DNA of 64,000 bases from contig JBQTIU010000022.1 of NCBI GenBank assembly GCA_052387815.1, positions 15,428 through 79,427 on the forward strand, written 5' to 3'. The notes under the pieces are model-generated. The model searched no databases and was not told the DNA's origin. It was given only the letters and a program-made list of their open reading frames with translations. Positions 1-9,825 of this stretch are shown in pieces. The translations under genes and the position numbers were made by a program. This DNA is from Pseudomonadota bacterium (lineage in GTDB: Bacteria > Pseudomonadota > Alphaproteobacteria > CACIAM-22H2). Positions within the stretch are counted from its first letter, which is position 1; each line of letters opens with the position of its first letter.

Positions 1-396
1 GGCATGGTGCATGCCCCCGGCGGGGTGGTAGGCGACGCCGCCCTCGACCACCAGCTCGGCGGCGCGGATCGAGCCGTCGCAGGCCGTGGCGGCGCGCTCG
101 TACATCGAGGCAAACCATGGGTTCTCGAAGGTGCCGAGCTCGTAGCGCGCGCGGTCATCGAGGCGCACGCCCTTGTCGTCCTGGGCCCGCCGCACGGCGG
201 CGATGTAGTCCCGGTCGTGGAAGCGCGCCAGCTCGTCCGCGCTCGCCAGCGGGCAGTCGACGTAAGTCCCCGGGCCAAGCCAGCCCAGTCGCGTCGCGAG
301 GTCGATCACCGTGCCGACCCGGGGAATGCCCAACGGATGGCCAGGCGGATAGCCGCGGTCGCGGAATATCCTGCCGCCGAGGAAGAACGCGCTCAT
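1..396 (-). CDS. Histone deacetylase / acetoin utilisation AcuC-family protein, N-terminal part; the gene runs off the left edge
   Basis: Reverse-strand translation from ATG (complement 396..394) gives MSAFFLGGRIFRDRGYPPGHPLGIP...FHDRDYIAAV...GTFENPWF...AYHPAGGMHHA, typical of the HDAC/AcuC N-terminus. The listed +ORF 4..426 is its antisense shadow. Confidence 0.6.
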   Translation of the reverse strand, partial: MSAFFLGGRIFRDRGYPPGHPLGIPRVGTVIDLATRLGWLGPGTYVDCPLASADELARFHDRDYIAAVRRAQDDKGVRLDDRARYELGTFENPWFASMYERAATACDGSIRAAELVVEGGVAYHPAGGMHHA

Positions 397-642
397 GATC
401 GCGACCATGGCCCACGAGTCGGGTAAACTCCAGCGGCCACAGGAACGGCCTCGCGCCGCGCCTCGTCCCGGCGGGGTTGCGGCGCTACCTGCCGGCGGCG
501 CGCCGCTAGTCGCGCCGCCGGATCATCGCCAGCCGGGCAACGCGCTCGAGGGACGACCGGGCTTGGTTTTTATCCTGAAATGGATCAAGATCAAGAGGGT
601 CCTTCACGGGAGCCCATGACACCACAGGGAGGCAAGATCATT

Positions 643-951
643 ATGCATCGTCGCATTGCGGGCGCGGTGGCGGCCGCGCTGCTGGTCGCCTTCGCCGCCC
701 CCGGCGCCCAAGCGCAGAATGCCGATCCCCAGCTGTTGACCATCAGTTGCGCGGGCTGCCATGGCCCGGGCGGGAAGAGCCCCGGCCCGATGCCGGCGCT
801 CAACGGCCGCAGCGCCCAGTCGCTCGCCGAGCTGATGCGCGCCTTCCGCGCCGACCAGCGACCAGCGACGGTCATGAACCGTATCGCCAAGGGCTACAGC
901 GACGCCGAGATCGACGCGGTGGCCCGCGAAATCGCCACTGCCTGGAAGTGA
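643..951 (+). CDS. Mono-haem c-type cytochrome (flavocytochrome c small subunit, FccA/SoxE-like)
   Basis: CAGCHG haem-binding motif, N-terminal signal peptide (AGAVAAALLVAFAAPGAQA), GGAGG 10 nt upstream of ATG 643. Sits immediately upstream of the FccB-like flavoprotein. Confidence 0.75.
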   Translation: MHRRIAGAVAAALLVAFAAPGAQAQNADPQLLTISCAGCHGPGGKSPGPMPALNGRSAQSLAELMRAFRADQRPATVMNRIAKGYSDAEIDAVAREIATAWK

Positions 952-962
952 GGAGGCGACCC

Positions 963-2258
963 ATGACCACCAAGCTTTCCCGCCGCGGGTTCAACCGGCT
1001 CGTTGGCCTGGCCGCCGCCTCCTCCGCGCTCGGCCTGTCGGCCTGCGCCACCACCGAGGCCCAGGCCAAGGGCCGGGCGGTCGTCATCGGTGGCGGCTTC
1101 GGCGGCGCCACGGCCGCTAAATACATCCGGTTGTTGGACCCGGGCGTCCAGGTGACGCTGGTCGAGCCGAGCCGGACCTTCCTCACCTGCCCGTTCAGCA
1201 ATTACGTGCTGGCGGGGTTCAAGACCATGGCCAACATCACCCACGACTACAACGCGCTCTCGACCACGCACGGCGTCCAGGTGGTCCACGAGACGGCGGT
1301 TGCGATCGATCCGGCGGCGCGCATCGTGCGCCTCGCCTCGGGCGCGAGCCTGCCTTACGACCGCCTAGTCGTTTCGCCCGGCATCGACTTCCGGTGGGGC
1401 GCGATCGAGGGCTATGTCGAGACCGCGGCCGAGGTCATGCCGCACGCCTGGAAGGCCGGGCCGCAGACGGTCCTCCTGCGCCGCCAGCTCGAGGCGATGC
1501 CCGATGGCGGCCTGGTCATCATCGCGGCGCCGGCCAACCCGTTCCGCTGTCCGCCGGGCCCTTACGAGCGCGCGGCGATGATCGCCCACTATCTCAAATC
1601 GGCGAAGCCGCGCTCCAAGATCCTGGTGCTCGACGCCAAGGACATGTTTTCCAAGCAGGGCCTGTTCCAGGACGGCTGGAAGGCGGTCTACGGCGACATG
1701 ATCGAGTGGGTGGCGCTGGGCAAGGACGGCAAGGTGACGCAAGCGATCCCGGCCGAGATGACGCTGGTCAGCGAGTTCGGGCAGCGGCACAAGGGCGCGG
1801 TGGTCAACGTCATCCCACCGCAATGGGCGGGCGCGATCGCGCGCCAGGCCGGGCTTGCCAACCAGACCGGCTGGTGCCCGGTCGACCCGGTGACCTTCGA
1901 ATCGGCGATCCACAAGAACGTCCACGTCATCGGCGATGCTTCGCTCGCCGGCGCCATGCCCAAATCGGGCTTCGCGGCCAACAGCCAGGGCAAGGTGGCG
2001 GCGATGGCGGTCGTGAACGCGATCAACGGCCGGCCGACCGCGGCGCCGACCTACGTCAATACCTGCTACAGCCTGATCACGCCCGATTACGGCATTTCGG
2101 TCGCCGACGTCTACCGCGTGACGGCACAGGGCATCGTCACCACCCCGGGTGCGGGCGGCGTGAGTCCGCGCCAAGCCGATGCCGCGTTCCGGGCCGCCGA
2201 GGCGCGCTATGCCGAAGGCTGGTATGCGGCGATGGGGCAGGACATCTGGGACGCCTGA
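963..2258 (+). CDS. Flavocytochrome c sulfide dehydrogenase flavoprotein subunit (FccB/SoxF-like)
   Basis: Tat signal SRRGFNRLVGLAAASSALGLSACA, FAD-binding GGGFGGATAAKY, CPFSN motif, about 430 aa. Real start is ATG 963, inside listed ORF 747..2258. Confidence 0.85.
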   Translation: MTTKLSRRGFNRLVGLAAASSALGLSACATTEAQAKGRAVVIGGGFGGATAAKYIRLLDPGVQVTLVEPSRTFLTCPFSNYVLAGFKTMANITHDYNALSTTHGVQVVHETAVAIDPAARIVRLASGASLPYDRLVVSPGIDFRWGAIEGYVETAAEVMPHAWKAGPQTVLLRRQLEAMPDGGLVIIAAPANPFRCPPGPYERAAMIAHYLKSAKPRSKILVLDAKDMFSKQGLFQDGWKAVYGDMIEWVALGKDGKVTQAIPAEMTLVSEFGQRHKGAVVNVIPPQWAGAIARQAGLANQTGWCPVDPVTFESAIHKNVHVIGDASLAGAMPKSGFAANSQGKVAAMAVVNAINGRPTAAPTYVNTCYSLITPDYGISVADVYRVTAQGIVTTPGAGGVSPRQADAAFRAAEARYAEGWYAAMGQDIWDA

Positions 2259-2303
2259 GCGAGGGCCGCCGCCGCGACAAACGATCACCGGGAGGCTCAG
2301 CGC

Positions 2304-3167
2304 ATGGACCAAAGGATCATCGCGCTTTACGACGAGTACACGCACAAGCCGCTCGCGCGCCGCTTGTTCCTGCGCCGCCTGGCGGCGCTCGCGGGCGGCC
2401 CCGCCGCCGCAGCGGCGCTGCTGCCATTCCTCGAAAACAACTACGCGCGGGCCGCGATCGTTGCCGACACCGACCCCCGGCTCGACGTCGAGGACATGTC
2501 GTACAAGGGAACCCCGGGGCAGATCCACGGCTATGCGGCGAAGCCCAAGGGCGCGGGGAGGCTGCCCGCGGTCGTCGTCATCCACGAGAACCGGGGGCTC
2601 AATCCCTATATCAAGGACGTGGCGCGGCGCGTGGCGCTTGCGGGATTCGTCGCCATCGCCCCGGACCTCCTGTCGCCGTTCGGCGGCACGCCCCGCGACC
2701 CCGAGCATGCGGCTAGAGCGCTCCGTGAGATGGGGCCAACGATGCCGAGCAACAACCTCGTCGCGGCGGTGCGCTATGCGAAGGAGCGGCCCGACGCGAC
2801 GGGCAAGGTGGGATGCGTCGGCTTTTGCTGGGGCGGCGGCATGGCGAACCAGCTCGCGATCGACGCCGGGACCGACCTCGCGGCGGGCGTGTCGTTCTAC
2901 GGCCCAACGCCCGCGCCCACCGAGGTTCCCTATATGAAGGCGCGCATGCTGCTGCACTACGCGGGCCTCGACGCCCGGATCAACGGGGGCGTTCCCGGCT
3001 ATGAAAAGGCCCTCAAGGCGGCGGGCGTGGCCTACACGCTCCACATGTACGAGGGCGTCAACCACGCTTTCCACAACGACACCGGGGGCGCCCGCTACAA
3101 CCAGGAGGCGGCGGAGCTCGCCTGGCGGCGGACGATCGAGTTCCTGAAGGGCGCGCTTGCCGAGTGA
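2304..3167 (+). CDS. Dienelactone hydrolase family protein (carboxymethylenebutenolidase-like)
   Basis: Tat-like N-terminus RRLFLRRLAALAGG, DLH-family motifs (VVVIHENRGLNP, GFCWGGG nucleophile elbow), 287 aa. Confidence 0.8.
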   Translation: MDQRIIALYDEYTHKPLARRLFLRRLAALAGGPAAAAALLPFLENNYARAAIVADTDPRLDVEDMSYKGTPGQIHGYAAKPKGAGRLPAVVVIHENRGLNPYIKDVARRVALAGFVAIAPDLLSPFGGTPRDPEHAARALREMGPTMPSNNLVAAVRYAKERPDATGKVGCVGFCWGGGMANQLAIDAGTDLAAGVSFYGPTPAPTEVPYMKARMLLHYAGLDARINGGVPGYEKALKAAGVAYTLHMYEGVNHAFHNDTGGARYNQEAAELAWRRTIEFLKGALAE

Positions 3168-3191
3168 GCGCGCGTGGGCGCGCGGCCCTCG

Positions 3192-3599
3192 CTATCCGCT
3201 CGATCGGCTCACGAGCTCGAACTCGTCGAGCTTCGCGGCTTCGCGATCGAACGTTCCGGTGACCTCGCACGCGTGGCGATGATTCGAAAGGCCGATGAGC
3301 GCATCCGCGAAATCCATCTCGCCCACCTGGTAGCGCTGCGCCGCAACTCGCACAAGATCAGCGTCCTCCAGTGCAAGCCGATCGTGGCGCAGCAGATGGT
3401 CAATCGCCAGCGCGACGCGTGATCGGTCGATTCGTTGAACGCGTTCCAATGTCCATATGACCTCGCAGAGCACGACCCGGTTGACAAAACAGGGTTCCGC
3501 CCGGGTTTCGCGGGCCAGGTACCGCTCGGCCTGGTCCGCCTGCTCCCGGTCATCGTCGAGCAGCAGCCGCAAGAGAATGTTCGTGTCGATGCCCTTCAC
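3192..3599 (-). CDS. vapC: PIN-domain toxin VapC
   Basis: MKGIDTNILLRLLLDDD...FADALI..., PIN acidic residues, 135 aa. Start overlaps the stop of the upstream antitoxin by 4 bp. Confidence 0.85.
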   Translation of the reverse strand: MKGIDTNILLRLLLDDDREQADQAERYLARETRAEPCFVNRVVLCEVIWTLERVQRIDRSRVALAIDHLLRHDRLALEDADLVRVAAQRYQVGEMDFADALIGLSNHRHACEVTGTFDREAAKLDEFELVSRSSG

Positions 3600-3889
3600 G
3601 CCGAGCGCCGCGGACGCTTGGACTTGCGATAACCCAGCCCACGCATGACGTCTTTCGCCACCGCCTTCTTCATGGCTTCGTCCATCTCTTCCATCGACAG
3701 CTTCCGCCTGCCTGGCCGCGCGAGAAGGCCCTTGAGGCTCGAGATATCGTCGTCCACGGGGCGCAGAACGGCGCGGTCATCGCTTTCGACGGTGAACTCC
3801 ATCCGCGCGCCCGTCTTAAGGCGCAGCCGCTCGCGGACCTCCTTGGGGATCGTCGTCTGGCCCTTGCTGGTGAGGGTCGCGTAGGGCAT
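3596..3889 (-). CDS. vapB: AbrB/MazE-fold antitoxin VapB
   Basis: SpoVT/AbrB motif TIPKEVRERLRL, 97 aa, directly upstream of and overlapping vapC. Confidence 0.75.
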   Translation of the reverse strand: MPYATLTSKGQTTIPKEVRERLRLKTGARMEFTVESDDRAVLRPVDDDISSLKGLLARPGRRKLSMEEMDEAMKKAVAKDVMRGLGYRKSKRPRRSA

Positions 3890-3960
3890 CGATGTGTTCC
3901 TTACGTTTTGGGAACTTCCTTACATTACGGCAAGGACCGCCCGCGGCGCAAGGCCCGCGC

Positions 3961-4773
3961 CTAACCCCCTACCTTCGCCAGCACGTCGGCCTTGAGGAAC
4001 CGCTCGACCACCAGCATGAAGCCGATCGAGGGGACGAGCAGAATGAGGGCGGTGATCGACGAGATCTGGTAGTTGCCGCCCATGCTGGCGAGGAACATTA
4101 GGAGCGGCAGGGTCGTCACCTCGGGCGCGCCGACGAAGAACGAGCCGGTGAACTCGTCGAGCGATTCGAGGAACACGAAGATCGAGCTGGCGATGATGCC
4201 GGGCGCGGCGAGCGGCAGGGTCACGGTAGCGAAGGTCCGCAGCGCCGAGGCGCCGAGGTTGCGCGCCGCCTGCTCGAGCTCGGGATCGACGGCGGCGAAG
4301 GCGGCGGTGGTGATCCATACCGCGAAGACGAGGCCGTGGACGGTGTGGACGAGCACGACGCCCGCGACCGTGCCGTTGAGGCCGAACTCGTAGAAGACGC
4401 GCGCGATGTTCATATAGATCGGCAGGCTCGGAAACGCCTGCGGCAAGAGGAAGGCGAGCATGAACAGCGCCCGCCAGGGCAGCCGCCCGCGCGCCAGCGC
4501 CAGACCCGCCGGCACCGAGACCGCCAGACAGAGGGCGACCGTCAAAAGCGCGATCCAGATGCTGACCGACAGCGATTCCATCGCGCGGCCGGTCGGCCGG
4601 AAGACGTGCTCCCACCACCGGAAGCCCCATTGCGAGGGCAGCTTGTGGGGGAAGTACCACGCCTCGGCGAGCGACCACAGCACGAGGTTGGCGAGCGGCC
4701 CGAAGATTGCGAAGGCGATGAGGCCGAGCACGATCCCGCGCGCCAGCCACCCCCAAGCGGAGGCGCCGGTCAT
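3961..4773 (-). CDS. ABC transporter permease (PotC/spermidine-putrescine type)
   Basis: Six TM segments, EAA-like loop LEQAARNLGASALRTF, 270 aa. Confidence 0.85.
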   Translation of the reverse strand: MTGASAWGWLARGIVLGLIAFAIFGPLANLVLWSLAEAWYFPHKLPSQWGFRWWEHVFRPTGRAMESLSVSIWIALLTVALCLAVSVPAGLALARGRLPWRALFMLAFLLPQAFPSLPIYMNIARVFYEFGLNGTVAGVVLVHTVHGLVFAVWITTAAFAAVDPELEQAARNLGASALRTFATVTLPLAAPGIIASSIFVFLESLDEFTGSFFVGAPEVTTLPLLMFLASMGGNYQISSITALILLVPSIGFMLVVERFLKADVLAKVGG

Positions 4774-5603
4774 GCGCCGCTCCTCTCGCGCACGCCCTGG
4801 CGCAGATAGATCCAGGCGGCGGCGGCGGTCACCACGTACGAGATGAAGCCCAGCGCGTTGGCCACCCCGTAGTCACCGAAGGCGTTGATGCGATAGGCCA
4901 TATCGACGGTGATCATGGTCGGCGTGCCGCCGCTGATCATCAGCGGCACCGACAACACCGACATCATGGTGACGAAGGACAGGATCAACCCGACGACAAG
5001 GGTCGGGCGGATCTGCGGGACGACGATCTCGAAGAGGATGCGCAAGGGCGAGGCGCCGAGATTGCGCGCCGCCTCGATGGTGGCGCGGTCGAGCGAGGCC
5101 ATGGCGCCGGAAACCATCAGGGCGACGAACGGCGTCTGCTTCCACACGAAGGTGATGATGATGCCCCGCCAGTCGAGGAAGCTCTGGGTGTCGGCGATGT
5201 CGATGAGGTCGAGCGAGACCAGCGTATTGTTCATGAGCCCGTTCTTGGCGAGGAAGGTGCGCATGCACTGGGCGGCGACGATGAACGGGACGAACAGCGG
5301 CCAGCGATAGAGCCACGACAGGATGGCAATCGCGGTCCGGTTGCCGCCGAGCGTGAGGTATCCGCCGATGGCGATTGCGGCCAGCCCGATCAACGTGGAG
5401 GAGGAGGCGACGATGATCAGTGTGAAGATGATGTCGCGCGAGTAGAGCTCGTAGGACTTGCCGAAATTGTCGAGGGTGAAGCCGCCGCTGCGCGCCTCGA
5501 ACGCGCTTATGAGCGAGAAGCCGAGCGGAAAGATGAACAGCGCCAGCACCACGACGAGGGCCGGCGCGACGAGCGCGAGCGAGAGGGCGCGCGAGTGCTC
5601 CAT
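4770..5603 (-). CDS. ABC transporter permease (PotB type)
   Basis: MEHSRALSLALVAPALVVVLALFIFPLGF..., EAA loop IEAARNLGASPLRILFEIVVP. Start set at the internal ATG (complement 5603..5601) of ORF 4770..5858; the upstream part is Arg-rich shadow. Confidence 0.8.
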   Translation of the reverse strand: MEHSRALSLALVAPALVVVLALFIFPLGFSLISAFEARSGGFTLDNFGKSYELYSRDIIFTLIIVASSSTLIGLAAIAIGGYLTLGGNRTAIAILSWLYRWPLFVPFIVAAQCMRTFLAKNGLMNNTLVSLDLIDIADTQSFLDWRGIIITFVWKQTPFVALMVSGAMASLDRATIEAARNLGASPLRILFEIVVPQIRPTLVVGLILSFVTMMSVLSVPLMISGGTPTMITVDMAYRINAFGDYGVANALGFISYVVTAAAAWIYLRQGVRERSGA

Positions 5604-5700
5604 CGCCGCGCGCGGTTCATGCGCCCCCGCTCGCTCGCCGGATGCGCCGCGGGCGAGCGGGGGTCGTTCTCCAGGTTCCGGCGATCGCCGCCGGCGCGCT

Positions 5701-6858
5701 TCAGTTGGCGACCTGGCGTTCGTAGGCTTCCAGGATCTCGCGGAAATACTCGCCGATCGGCATCGGCTTGCCCTTGGCCGCCAGGTCGTGCGGCGAGACG
5801 TCCTTGAACAGCTTGTCCCACACCGCCTTTTCGAGATGCACCTCGACGTGCTGGGCATCGATGCCGGGGTACCAGTTAAAGCGCTTGACGATGCCTTCGG
5901 CCTGGATCGCGGGGCTGGTCGCGAACTCGACGAATTGCCGCGCGGCAGGCGCGTTGGCCGCCTTGCTCGGGATGACGTAGTACATCGGCTGGCCCGGCAG
6001 GCCCGGCGAGATGAGTTGGAGACGGACGGTGGGCGCCATCCGGCCCTCCGCCTGCCAGGTGTAGAACATGTCGACCCACACCGGGCCCATCGCGATCTCG
6101 CCGCGGTTCAGCATGTCGAGCGTGCCGGCGTTGCCGGGCGTGAGCACGACGTTGGTGTTGAACTCCTTGAGCTTGGCGAGCGCCGGGGCCCAGGTGGCCT
6201 TGAGGTTGGGGTCGTACGGGCCTTCCATGAGCTGCTGCGGGTTGGGCGAGTGGGCGTAGACCCAGCCGAACAGGAAAGCTACGCCCGACATCCCGCCCTT
6301 GATGCCGTTATAGCCGAACTTCTTGGGGTTGGCCTTCACCCACGCCGCCAGCTCGTCGTAGCTCTTGGGCGGGCTGGCGATCAGCGTCGGGTTGTAGGCG
6401 ATCGCCGTCTGGCTGTGGAACATCGGGAGGACGAAGCCGTCCACATTGGCGCCGAGCGAGTTCTTGGCCGTATCCCGCGACACCAGGGCGCCGGTCTTGA
6501 TATTGGGCCGGTAGCGTTCGAGCAGGCCTTCCTGCACCATCTGGCCGGCCATGCGCTGGTGGACGACGGCAACGTCAACGTCCCATTGCGGGGCGTTCGC
6601 CTTTTTCTGCGCGTCCAGGCGCTCCCAGATCTTCTGCGAGCCGGTGTCGCCAGGCCCCGTGCCGACCGCGCGCACGCGCACGCCGGGGTTGTCCTTCTCG
6701 AATCGGGGCCCGAGGAAATCGGTGACGTAGTCGACCATGTTCTGGTCGCCGGCGGTCATGACGTTGAGCGTGACGCGCTGCTGGGCGCCGGCATCCGCGG
6801 CAAGAGCGAGCGCGAAGCCGGAGGCGAGCAGCGTTGGCAAGAGGACGGATTTACGCAT
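5701..6858 (-). CDS. ABC transporter periplasmic substrate-binding protein (family 1, polyamine/iron type)
   Basis: Signal peptide MRKSVLLPTLLASGFALALAADAGAQ, 385 aa, SBP_bac_1-like. Confidence 0.85.
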   Translation of the reverse strand: MRKSVLLPTLLASGFALALAADAGAQQRVTLNVMTAGDQNMVDYVTDFLGPRFEKDNPGVRVRAVGTGPGDTGSQKIWERLDAQKKANAPQWDVDVAVVHQRMAGQMVQEGLLERYRPNIKTGALVSRDTAKNSLGANVDGFVLPMFHSQTAIAYNPTLIASPPKSYDELAAWVKANPKKFGYNGIKGGMSGVAFLFGWVYAHSPNPQQLMEGPYDPNLKATWAPALAKLKEFNTNVVLTPGNAGTLDMLNRGEIAMGPVWVDMFYTWQAEGRMAPTVRLQLISPGLPGQPMYYVIPSKAANAPAARQFVEFATSPAIQAEGIVKRFNWYPGIDAQHVEVHLEKAVWDKLFKDVSPHDLAAKGKPMPIGEYFREILEAYERQVAN

Positions 6859-6926
6859 GTCGAAGTTCCTCCTGGTTGGGCGTCGGGGTGCGGCGATCCG
6901 GGCAGTCCCCGCGCGGTTTTTGTGTC

Positions 6927-8018
6927 CTACCCTCCATTTGGGCTCGCCGGGTAGAGATGGAGCGCAGCGGATTTGAGCCGGACGCCGATCTCGGCGCCGA
7001 CGGCGAACCGCCGCTCGTCATCGACCATGAATTGCCGGTCGCCCACGCTGACCGCGTAGCGCCAGAAGCCGCCGGGATACGAGGTCTGGGCGATGCGGCC
7101 CTTGAGCACGAGGTCGCCGCTCGCCGCGGCCTCGCCGATCGCCTCGGGCGGGATCAGGCGGGCGGTCTCGCTGCGGAAATAGGCATCGACCGGGCCCGGC
7201 GCGACGGCGCCGTCGGGCGCCAGGCGGGCCGGGCTGTTGTAGGGGCCGGGCTCGATCGCGATGCCGCCGTTGGCCGCCCGCGCCGACAGACGGATGGAAT
7301 TCGCGGCGCCCATGAACGCGGCGACGAAGGGCGAGACCGGGCGATTGTAAACCTCCTCCGGCGCGCCCACCTGGGCGATGGTGCCGGCGTCGAGGATGAC
7401 GAGACGGTCGGCCATCACCATCGCTTCCTCGCGGTCGTGGGTGACGTGGATGGTGGTGATGGCGAGCGACTGCTGCAGGGCCTTGATCTCGTGGCGCACC
7501 TCCTCGCGGATGCGCGCATCGAGGTTCGACAGCGGCTCGTCGAGCAGCAGGATCTGCGGGTTGATGGCCAGCGCCCGGCCGAGCGCCACGCGCTGGCGCT
7601 GGCCGCCGGATAGCTGCGTGACCATGCGCGCGCCCAAGCCCTCAAGCTTGAGCATGGCGAGGATCTCGTCGACCCGCCGGCCGATCGCCGCCCGCTTATG
7701 CGCGCGCAGGCGCAGGCCGTAGCCGATGTTCTGCGCCGCGCTCATGTGCGGCCACAGGGCGTAGGACTGGAAGACCATCGCCATCTCGCGCTTGTCGGGG
7801 GGCGCGGTGGTGATGTCGCGGCCGGCCACCCGGATGGCCCCCGCGGCCACCGGGACGAATCCCGAAATCGCGCGCAAGAGCGTCGTCTTGCCGCAGCCCG
7901 AGGAGCCGAGCAGGGCCACGAACTCGCCGCGCGCCACGGACAGCGACACGTCTTTCAAGACCTTGACGCGGCCGTAATTGACTTCGAGCGCCTCGACGTC
8001 GAGCGCGGCTGCCGCCAT
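6927..8018 (-). CDS. ABC transporter ATP-binding protein (PotA/MalK-like with C-terminal TOBE domain)
   Basis: Walker A GSSGCGKTT, signature LSGGQRQRVALGRAL, Walker B LLLDEPLSNLD, 363 aa. Confidence 0.9.
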   Translation of the reverse strand: MAAAALDVEALEVNYGRVKVLKDVSLSVARGEFVALLGSSGCGKTTLLRAISGFVPVAAGAIRVAGRDITTAPPDKREMAMVFQSYALWPHMSAAQNIGYGLRLRAHKRAAIGRRVDEILAMLKLEGLGARMVTQLSGGQRQRVALGRALAINPQILLLDEPLSNLDARIREEVRHEIKALQQSLAITTIHVTHDREEAMVMADRLVILDAGTIAQVGAPEEVYNRPVSPFVAAFMGAANSIRLSARAANGGIAIEPGPYNSPARLAPDGAVAPGPVDAYFRSETARLIPPEAIGEAAASGDLVLKGRIAQTSYPGGFWRYAVSVGDRQFMVDDERRFAVGAEIGVRLKSAALHLYPASPNGG

Positions 8019-8164
8019 CCGAACCGTACCTCCGGGCCGGCCAAGCTTTCCGTACCCCCTATTCTAGCGGACCGGCCCCGCAAATACAAAACGCTGGCGG
8101 CTCGGGCGCCTCCTCCCCAATAATGGGTTCCAAGGCGCGACGGCGGCAAAGCCAAGGAGGAGCC

Positions 8165-8917
8165 ATGAACCGAATCGACCTCGCCGGTCGCAAGGCCGTC
8201 GTCACCGGGGCCGGCCGCGGCATCGGCTATGCGATCGTCGAGCGCATGCTCGAGTCCGGCGCCGAGGTGGCGTTGTGGGACATCGACGCCCATGCGCTCG
8301 ACGCCTCCTCGAAGCGGCTCGCCGGCCGCGGTGCGGCGCACACGACCGTGGTCGACCACGCCGACGCGGCCCAGGTGACGGCCGCCGCCCAGGCCGCCAT
8401 CGGCCAGATGGGGCGGATCGACATCCTGGTCAACAACGCCGGCATCGCCGGCCCCAACCAGAAGACCTGGGAGTGTTCGCCCGAGGACTGGCGACAGGTC
8501 CTCGAGGTCGACCTGATCGGTCCGTTCCTATGCTGTCGGGCGATCGTGCCGCGCATGATCGCGCAGAAATACGGCCGCATCGTCAACATCGCCTCGATCG
8601 CCGGCAAGGAGGGAAACCCCAACGCCGCCGCCTACAGCGCCGCCAAGGCCGGGCTCATCGCGCTCACCAAATCCTTGGGCAAGGAACTGGCCGAAAGCGG
8701 CGTGCTCGTCAACTGCGTGACGCCGGCCGCGGCCAAGACCGACATTTTCAAGCAGATGACCGAACAGCACATCCAGTACATGCTGTCGAAAATCCCGATG
8801 AACCGCTTCGTCGACACCTCCGAGGTCGCCGCGCTGGTGGTCTGGCTGTGCTCGGCCGATTGCAGCTTCTCGACTGGCGCGGTGTTCGACATCTCGGGCG
8901 GCCGCGCCACCTATTGA
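8165..8917 (+). CDS. Short-chain dehydrogenase/reductase (SDR)
   Basis: MNRIDLAGRKAVVTGAGRGIGYAI (TGxxxGIG), NNAGI, YSAAKAG catalytic motif. AAGGAGG upstream of ATG 8165. Confidence 0.85.
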   Translation: MNRIDLAGRKAVVTGAGRGIGYAIVERMLESGAEVALWDIDAHALDASSKRLAGRGAAHTTVVDHADAAQVTAAAQAAIGQMGRIDILVNNAGIAGPNQKTWECSPEDWRQVLEVDLIGPFLCCRAIVPRMIAQKYGRIVNIASIAGKEGNPNAAAYSAAKAGLIALTKSLGKELAESGVLVNCVTPAAAKTDIFKQMTEQHIQYMLSKIPMNRFVDTSEVAALVVWLCSADCSFSTGAVFDISGGRATY

Positions 8918-8981
8918 GGCCCCGCCTAAGCCGGCGGTCGGGGTCGCGGGCCCGATCGCGATCCGGGCTATCCTTCAAACC

Positions 8982-9722
8982 TCACAGGCTGAACCCACCG
9001 TCGACCACGAACACCGATCCGGTGGTGAAGGCGCTTTCATCGCCGGCGAGATGGACGCCCACCGCCGCCACCTCCGCAGGGTGGCCCAGCCGGCCCATCG
9101 GCTGGCGGGCAATGAAGTCCTTGCGGGCCTGGATGGGATCGGCGAAGGCGGCGATGCGCGCCTCGAGCGACGGCGTCTCTATGGTTCCGGGGCAGATCGC
9201 GTTGCAGCGGATGCCCGCCCTGATGTAGTCGGCGGCGATCGCCTTGGTCAGCCCGATCACCGCCGCCTTGGTGGTGCCGTAGACGAAGCGGTTGGGGATC
9301 CCACGGATCGACGAGGCGCCCGAGGACACGTTGATGATCGATCCCTTTTTGCGCTGGAGCATGCCCGGTAGAACGGCGCGCGTGACCCAGTACATCGACC
9401 GCACGTTGAGGTTCATCGCGAACTCCCATTGCTCGTCGGTGCACTCGAGGATGGTGCCGTGATGGACGAAGCCGGCGCAGTTGAACAGCACCTCGATCGG
9501 CCCCACCGCGGCCGTGGTCGTGGCGATCGCCGTTTTGTCCAAGACATCGAGCCGGCGCGTGGCGATGCCCGGCGTGAGCGCGAGTTCCGTAAGCTTCGCC
9601 TCGTCGATATCGGTGGCGAAGACCGTAGCGCCCTCGGCGGCGAAGGCGAGCGCGGTTGCCCGGCCGATGCCCTGCGCCGCGGCGGTGACCAGCGCCGTCT
9701 TGCCGTGCAGCCGGTTGCCCAA
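8982..9722 (-). CDS. Short-chain dehydrogenase/reductase (SDR)
   Basis: LHGKTALVTAAAQGIGRA, NCAGF, YGTTKAA motifs. Proposed TTG start (complement 9722..9720) preceded by GAGGAGGGGGAG; the listed ORF extends upstream into shadow sequence. Confidence 0.7.
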   Translation of the reverse strand: MGNRLHGKTALVTAAAQGIGRATALAFAAEGATVFATDIDEAKLTELALTPGIATRRLDVLDKTAIATTTAAVGPIEVLFNCAGFVHHGTILECTDEQWEFAMNLNVRSMYWVTRAVLPGMLQRKKGSIINVSSGASSIRGIPNRFVYGTTKAAVIGLTKAIAADYIRAGIRCNAICPGTIETPSLEARIAAFADPIQARKDFIARQPMGRLGHPAEVAAVGVHLAGDESAFTTGSVFVVDGGFSL

Positions 9723-9825
9723 CTCCCCCTCCTCGTTCGCGCCCGGCGATGGTAGTGGGCCGAGCTTCCACCTGGCAAGCGAAGGCCCTATATTGGGGCG
9801 CGCGATTGCAACCTCGGAGCCCGCC

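Noticed and set aside
4-426. Plus-strand 140-aa ORF at the left edge
   Set aside because: It is the antisense of the HDAC/AcuC-family gene, which reads cleanly on the minus strand from ATG 396.
1365-3074. Long minus-strand ORF (569 aa) antisense to fccB and the dienelactone hydrolase; similar long Arg/Gly/Pro-rich ORFs at 5458..6954, 9037..11784, 14439..15638, 15587..17518, 16462..18099, 17969..19468, 19093..20505, 20333..24145 (1270 aa), 22940..24160, 24015..25265, 26967..28508, 42224..45163, 55234..56700, 55554..58760 and others
   Set aside because: Each lies opposite or out of frame to a gene with clear family motifs. Their translations are low-complexity Arg/Pro/Gly/Ala strings typical of open antisense frames in ~70% GC DNA.
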